DNA from: a virus
IMG/VR virus record: IMGVR_UViG_3300045256_000567
Length of the DNA: 64,000 bases
Direction: 5' to 3' (one strand)
In this document: piece after piece, positions 58,528 to 64,000 of the stretch
Position numbering within the stretch: position 1 is the first letter of the stretch
Layout of the letters: each line of letters starts with the position of its first letter
Translations under genes and position numbers: made by a program
The notes under the pieces: model-generated
The model's input: only the letters and a program-made list of their open reading frames with translations
Told to the model about the DNA's origin: nothing
The model's database searches: none

Positions 58528-61500
58528 ATTTTTTGTTTTTTGTGTTCATATTGTCTATAAATTGTTGAGTGGGAACTGTGCTAATGTCACCATTAATAAG
58601 TAATATATGCTGACCATTTTGTAGCTGTTGCATAATATTTGTTACGGTATTATATGGTGTTGGTATATACGGTACATTAGGTTTGGTTGTTACCTGATTT
58701 GGATTGGCAAGGTTTCCAAACTCTGAGTTTGTAGAAGATTTTCCTAAAGTATTAGCAATTACTTTTGTTAAATCAGCCACACCATTTATCAATTGCGGAA
58801 CATACTTATCTGACAAATTCAAAACGCTTGCTGAAGCTTCGTTTATAGAAACATTTAAATCTGTTATAGTTTTTATATTTTTTTCTAATACAGTGACAAG
58901 CATTTGATTTGAAGTAGATAAAACATCTAATTGTTTAGAAAATTCTTTATCAGGTGTTTTAGCCTCTTGCACAGGTTCGTTTAATTTTTTTATTACATCT
59001 CTTGCGGTTGTAGATAATTTTCCTTGCTTAGCAGATACTAATAATTCTTCAAATGCGTCTGGAGCTATGTTTCCAAATCCCAATTGTTGTTGCAAAAATG
59101 GTAAAAGATTTTCTCTAACACCTGGAAGAATTTTTCCATTAACAATAGACCCAGAAATTCCAGTATCAACAAGTACTCTAGATAAAACTCTTTGAATATT
59201 TTCAGGGGTCGCCCCCATCATCATTTGTCTAGGTGTTAATCCCGCGCGTATTCCAATACCTAATGATAAGGGGTTTCCCTCTATACCAGAACGAATAAAT
59301 TGATTAAATGATTCAAATGTTGTTCTAGCTAGTTCAGGATTGTTTAAAGACAGATTTCTTAAATTCTGGTTTCTAGAATTTGTAAATATACTCTGTGCTG
59401 ATAGAACAGACGTTAAATAGGATTGAGTATTTAAGTTTTGTCTTATAGCTAAACTTGATGATGCTTGTATAAAACCTTCAGCAACAGCTTTGGAAAATCC
59501 TGAATATTGTCCAGTAGAAATAAACGCAGCTTGCATAGCTTTTCTTTCGTCCAATCCAGCTCTTCTACTCTGAGTAATTAAATCGCCAGCTTCTGCAAGA
59601 GAAGTGCCAAATAAATTTGATACTTTAGCGCTATTATATAAAGCACTTGAAAGATCTTGGGAACTTTTAATTATCATTGAAGAAGACAACCTAGCAGCTT
59701 GAGCTAAATATTCTTCACTTGTAAACCCCATTTCTTTTGGTTGAAATGCTCCTCCAGGAACAAATTGTCTAGTAAGATTAGCTAAATTTCCATAAGGTTC
59801 GCGAACAAATTGGGGTAGCATCCTAGACATTACAAATCTCTGATAAGTTAAATCATACCCAGTAGAGGCAGACTGTAAATAAAAATCAGTTCCAAAAGCT
59901 AAAGCACCAGCTGCAAGACCAGCCCCCCCAGAAACAACTTTACCTAACCCTGTTTTATTAAATAAATTAGAAAATCCGTTTTTTAAAAAATTAAGAAAGT
60001 TACTGAATATATTTGTATTTGCTTCAGAAGTATTGATTGTATTAGTCGGTGCTGTGGGTTTGTAATAGTCAGGATTATACCCACCAACACCCCCACCGGA
60101 TTTTAAAAACATTCCGCCCACAGGTGCATATGGGTTTTTTAACACAGACTGTATTGACTTAAATAATAGTACTGGTAATTGTACCATCGCTAAGCTACTT
60201 AGGTTTATTTTATCTTTAAAATTAGATAGAGAATCAGTTGTTTTATTTAAAATACCGCCTATTTTGTCACCAATATTAGCTCCAGCACCCCCTAATAAAA
60301 AACTCCCCAAAACACCTCCTACAGCAGTTCCTAACCCAGGAAATAAAGCTGTTCCAATAGATGCACCACCCACCAAACCTGCATATGATCCTAAAGATCC
60401 GCCAATTAAACCAGGTAATGTATTTCTATTTAATGTTCCCTTTATTGCATCTCCTACATTTCCAGTTGCTATATAATTAGAAACACCTTGTGCAGCAATA
60501 CCTAGACCAAGTGTTGAAAGAAGTCCCCCCCCTATTCTATATTTACCTAAAGAACCAAAAATATTTGAAGGTTTAGATATTAAGTTATCTTTAGGAATTA
60601 CTGTAGTGGATTTTAAAGGAGGTCTTGGAAAAACATCTACTCCTTCAGGCGGTTTTGTTATTTTGTATTTCTTTATGGGTTTGTTAGGATTTATGGGGGT
60701 AGGTGGAATCTTTGACCCTCTAGTTAACGGGCCTGAATAGCTACCAGATCCAAAAAATGGTAAATTAGAAAAAAAAGAATCAGAAGCCCTATAAACTGAT
60801 AAACCTACATCTAATCCTGTTTTTAATGATTTGGTGAATATATCTACAAAGGGGTTTCTTGTAAGAGAATATGTCCTATCTAGAGTTTTTCCAGAAAAAT
60901 CTTTTAAAGTTGATGTTAATTGTCTATAGTTTTTTACTACCTCTCCAATAATTTCATATTCTTGTTTATATACGTTTAATAATTTAGATTGAAGTTCAAG
61001 TTCTTCAGTTTGTAATTTTGCTTTTTCTTCTGTAGAGGAGGAAGATTTTAATCTTTCTTTTACATCGTTTATTTGGGATAATAAATTTCCCTTTAGCTCA
61101 TTTAATGATTCGGCAGTATTTATTACTGCTCCTTTTCTTATATCAGAAATTTCTCTTCCTCTTTTAGTAAATAATAAACTAGGCAACGACATTTGCTGCT
61201 CTAGTCCTCTAGAAGTAGATAATAGAGATGAAAATGTACTTAACGAATTTGAGTATATATTCTCTTCTACTTTTTTACCAAATAAACGCTGTAAAACTTT
61301 ATTTTCTACATTAGGAAGGAAATAATATCCTTCTGTTGGTTTTTCTTGTTTTACCAATCTTGTTAAATATTGCGATTTGTATATATCTTCTATCTTTACA
61401 GGTCTTTTTAAATCTTTTTCTAGCCCCAAAGTTCCTACGGTCGCAGATAATAACTGAATATTTTTTGCAAATTCATTTACATCATCACCTAGATTTCTAA

Positions 61501-61876
61501 AAAATCTATCTACATTTTGTTCTAGTTCTTTTAAATAATCAACATTTATTCTACTTCCTAAATCTTTAAATTCTTGAAATGTTCTTATTATCTTTTCTAA
61601 AGATTTATTAAATTCCTCTGCTTGTTCTTTATATGAAGAGCTTATTTTTCCTTGACGTGCTAGAAATTCTACAGAACCTGTAATTTCACGTTTAAAATTT
61701 TCCAAATCTGTATTAAAGTCTTTAGTGGAAACGCCATCCCGCGTTTTACCAAGCAGTTTAGAAAGAGCAGTAGAAAAAGTAGAAGAAGACTTTTCTAATA
61801 AATCTGTAATATTATTAGTTTCCTGTAAAACTCTTTTTAGATCGTCAGCGTCAAAAAATTTTTCATTATTTGCCAT
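58526..61876 (-). CDS. Tape-measure-like virion protein
   Basis: 1116 aa; helical/coiled-coil N-terminus; Gly/Ala-rich hydrophobic segments (GASIGTALFPGLGTAVGG). Confidence 0.6.
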   Translation of the reverse strand: MANNEKFFDADDLKRVLQETNNITDLLEKSSSTFSTALSKLLGKTRDGVSTKDFNTDLENFKREITGSVEFLARQGKISSSYKEQAEEFNKSLEKIIRTFQEFKDLGSRINVDYLKELEQNVDRFFRNLGDDVNEFAKNIQLLSATVGTLGLEKDLKRPVKIEDIYKSQYLTRLVKQEKPTEGYYFLPNVENKVLQRLFGKKVEENIYSNSLSTFSSLLSTSRGLEQQMSLPSLLFTKRGREISDIRKGAVINTAESLNELKGNLLSQINDVKERLKSSSSTEEKAKLQTEELELQSKLLNVYKQEYEIIGEVVKNYRQLTSTLKDFSGKTLDRTYSLTRNPFVDIFTKSLKTGLDVGLSVYRASDSFFSNLPFFGSGSYSGPLTRGSKIPPTPINPNKPIKKYKITKPPEGVDVFPRPPLKSTTVIPKDNLISKPSNIFGSLGKYRIGGGLLSTLGLGIAAQGVSNYIATGNVGDAIKGTLNRNTLPGLIGGSLGSYAGLVGGASIGTALFPGLGTAVGGVLGSFLLGGAGANIGDKIGGILNKTTDSLSNFKDKINLSSLAMVQLPVLLFKSIQSVLKNPYAPVGGMFLKSGGGVGGYNPDYYKPTAPTNTINTSEANTNIFSNFLNFLKNGFSNLFNKTGLGKVVSGGAGLAAGALAFGTDFYLQSASTGYDLTYQRFVMSRMLPQFVREPYGNLANLTRQFVPGGAFQPKEMGFTSEEYLAQAARLSSSMIIKSSQDLSSALYNSAKVSNLFGTSLAEAGDLITQSRRAGLDERKAMQAAFISTGQYSGFSKAVAEGFIQASSSLAIRQNLNTQSYLTSVLSAQSIFTNSRNQNLRNLSLNNPELARTTFESFNQFIRSGIEGNPLSLGIGIRAGLTPRQMMMGATPENIQRVLSRVLVDTGISGSIVNGKILPGVRENLLPFLQQQLGFGNIAPDAFEELLVSAKQGKLSTTARDVIKKLNEPVQEAKTPDKEFSKQLDVLSTSNQMLVTVLEKNIKTITDLNVSINEASASVLNLSDKYVPQLINGVADLTKVIANTLGKSSTNSEFGNLANPNQVTTKPNVPYIPTPYNTVTNIMQQLQNGQHILLINGDISTVPTQQFIDNMNTKNKK

Positions 61877-61892
61877 AAGCTACTAGAATTAT

Positions 61893-63123
61893 AGCATAGT
61901 TTGCAGAAAGCCTACGCTTTTAAGCGTAGGATGAATGCAAACAAACGCTTTGAATATGGTATAATGTTGGTAGGTAGTAATGATCAAGTCTTTCAAGTAC
62001 CGACTGTATCCAACCAAGCCTCAGATAAAGGATTTAGAAAAAACCTTGTTTCTGTGTCGTCAACTGTACAATACTGCTTTGGAACAAAGAAGGGAATTGT
62101 ACAAAAACTACAAAAAGTCTATCACCTACTATGAACAAGATAAACAACTGCCTAAAATAAAAACAGAGCGTCCAGAATACAAGAATGTAAATGCACAGGT
62201 TCTTCAGGATGTGCTGAAAAGGGTAGACAAAGCCTACCAAGGATTTTTTAGGCGTATCAAGAAAGGTGAAACACCTGGTTTACCAAGATTCAAGGGTGAA
62301 AATAGATACGATAGTTTCACCTTTCCTCAGGTAAGCAAATCAGGAGTCAAGATTCAAGAAGGTAAAAACAGAATTTTGGTTCATAAGATTGGTTCTATCA
62401 AATGCAAGTTTCATAGACCGCTTGAAGGTCAAATAAAGACAGCTTCTATAAAAAGGGAGAATGATGAATGGTATATAATTTTCACCTGTATCACAGAACC
62501 AAAAAAACTTCCTACAAACCAAGATGCAGTTGGAATAGACCTTGGTACTAACCCAAACTTCCTAACCACCTCTGACAGTGAAATGGTTCCTGCTCCTAGG
62601 TATTTCAAGAAGTCTGAAAAAACACTCTCCAAAGCACAGAAAATAGTTTCAAAGAGAAAACCTGGTAGCAACAGAAGAAACAAGGCTAAGAAATTGGTTG
62701 CCAAAATCCACAAGAAAATAGCAAACCAAAGAAAGGATTTTCATCACAAGGTAGCAAAGGACTTGGTAAATAAGTATGGCACTATAGTACACGAAGACCT
62801 AGGTATAAAACAACTCGCCCAAACTAGAACAGTTAAAGGTATCCTAGATGCAGGTTGGGCTCAATTCCTAGCAATACTTGCCTACAAAGCGGAGGAAGCT
62901 GGTAGGCAAGTAATAAAAGTAGACCCAAAATATACAAGCCAAGATTGTCCTGTTTGCGGCAACAGAGAAAAACACCCACTTTGGGTACGTACCTATACCT
63001 GCGCCAAATGCAATACAACCCTTCACCGGGATATTGCAGCAGCACAAAATATCTTGGCTAAGGCTCGGACGGAGCCTTCGCTTCTTGCGAGAAGCCCAAT
63101 TCTTTAGAATTGGGAGTCGTCAC
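61893..63123 (+). mobile_element. tnpB-only IS200/IS605 element, copy B, 1231 bp
   Basis: Same ends as copy A, opposite orientation. Confidence 0.9.
61980..63107 (+). CDS. tnpB: RNA-guided endonuclease TnpB
   Basis: Intact D-E-D RuvC triad; near-identical to copy A. Confidence 0.95.
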   Translation: MIKSFKYRLYPTKPQIKDLEKTLFLCRQLYNTALEQRRELYKNYKKSITYYEQDKQLPKIKTERPEYKNVNAQVLQDVLKRVDKAYQGFFRRIKKGETPGLPRFKGENRYDSFTFPQVSKSGVKIQEGKNRILVHKIGSIKCKFHRPLEGQIKTASIKRENDEWYIIFTCITEPKKLPTNQDAVGIDLGTNPNFLTTSDSEMVPAPRYFKKSEKTLSKAQKIVSKRKPGSNRRNKAKKLVAKIHKKIANQRKDFHHKVAKDLVNKYGTIVHEDLGIKQLAQTRTVKGILDAGWAQFLAILAYKAEEAGRQVIKVDPKYTSQDCPVCGNREKHPLWVRTYTCAKCNTTLHRDIAAAQNILAKARTEPSLLARSPIL

Positions 63124-63638
63124 CTTAGATATGACTTAACGTTAAATTTTAATTTAACGGAAAAAATTCTCTCTACAGGATTTATTATAGAAACCTTTAT
63201 AGCTAAAGGAAAAAAATCTTGATAAACTAAAGTTTCTTTTATTTCTATATTTTCTCCAGAATTTACTAAAAAATCATTTACATGTTTTTGCAAAGAAATA
63301 ATTTCTCCTGTTTCGCTATAAAAAAAATGTGTGTTGTTCTTTTGGAAAAAAGATAGATTCAAAAACTCTACTTTTATATTTGCCAACATTTCTTGTGAAA
63401 ATTTATCTTGTAAATTTATTGCATCAATATAGCTAGAAAGTTTTATCTTATAAACAGAAAAATTTCCGTCTAGCACATTTACCAGATAAATAAATTTATA
63501 TTTTTCACTTTTTATACTTTCATATTCATCAAAATAAAATTCAAGTTGTTCTGCTTCTATACCTACAGAACCTCCTAGTGAATTCTTTATTTCGGATAGA
63601 TATGGTTTTATAACTGTTATTTGATTTTCTGAGATCAC
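63120..63638 (-). CDS. Hypothetical protein; stop codon supplied by the IS right end
   Basis: 172-aa ORF; its TGA is the complement of the terminal TCAC. Confidence 0.75.
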   Translation of the reverse strand: MISENQITVIKPYLSEIKNSLGGSVGIEAEQLEFYFDEYESIKSEKYKFIYLVNVLDGNFSVYKIKLSSYIDAINLQDKFSQEMLANIKVEFLNLSFFQKNNTHFFYSETGEIISLQKHVNDFLVNSGENIEIKETLVYQDFFPLAIKVSIINPVERIFSVKLKFNVKSYLR

Positions 63639-63679
63639 ATCAAATAAATTATACTAGAATTTGCAGAAAACCGGAAATC

Positions 63680-63937
63680 TTAGAAAATACTTACACATTT
63701 TATTCTAAAAAACAAATCTACTGAAACGGTGATATATATTCTTTTCTTATTTATTTCTTCCTCGGTGAAATTATAAAAATTTTTAATATTTTCAAACCAT
63801 TGACCACATAACTTTAATCGAATATTGTATGAATTTAAAACTATTTTCATAAGCGCGTTTTCTTTGTAAAAAAAGTCAATTATATCTTGTATATTGTCTT
63901 CATCTCTAAAGTTAACGTAATTCGATACTGTAGACAA
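63680..63937 (-). CDS. C-terminal-Phe family protein (CVSIF); start uncertain
   Basis: 85-aa ORF. Confidence 0.6.
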   Translation of the reverse strand: MSTVSNYVNFRDEDNIQDIIDFFYKENALMKIVLNSYNIRLKLCGQWFENIKNFYNFTEEEINKKRIYITVSVDLFFRIKCVSIF

Positions 63938-64000
63938 TACATAAAAATCGGGAAATTTTGAAAAAAGTAACTTTTTTTTATTTTTTTCATCTACACAATA

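Noticed and set aside
63649-63672. TTATACTAGAATTTGCAGAAAACC resembling an IS left end
   Set aside because: The terminal hairpin is absent and only ~13 bp match; it may be a relic or simply the promoter of the 172-aa gene.
1-64000. tRNA, rRNA, tnpA or intron sequences
   Set aside because: No T-loop/cloverleaf, HUH transposase motif or split gene was recognised by eye; tRNAscan-SE and Infernal would be needed to exclude them formally.

Overview
Very AT-rich, densely coding segment of a large dsDNA bacteriophage. No tRNA, rRNA or CRISPR array was seen. The gene style (GC-rich consensus sigma70 promoters, many leaderless starts, giant virion-type proteins) resembles phiYS40-like Thermus myoviruses, but that assignment is inference. 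Layout: (1) 1-26.7 kb holds probable virion genes. These include two convergent ~1,620-aa HExxH paralogues whose first 189 bp form a near-perfect inverted repeat, a ~1,940-aa Q/E-rich protein and an 1,807-aa SNF2-type helicase protein; all four share a ~55-aa 'VPxG...W' module. (2) 26.7-28.4 kb holds two adenine methyltransferases bracketed by IS200/IS605 right ends. (3) 28.5-33.6 kb is an array of self-contained early mini-gene cassettes. (4) 31.4-63.9 kb holds about 36 otherwise divergent proteins that all end in a hydrophobic residue plus C-terminal Phe. They surround a MoxR-type AAA+ ATPase and a metallopeptidase-vWA gene; these two genes share a 5' leader hairpin, and the vWA protein itself carries the Phe tag. 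This is the best candidate for an undescribed system: a phage AAA+/vWA machine with a large library of tagged adaptors or clients. (5) There are two intact tnpB-only IS200/IS605 elements plus several short derivatives. Two derivatives look like promoter-driven stand-alone omega-RNA cassettes with different guides. A RuvC-like resolvase and a tape-measure-like gene are also present.
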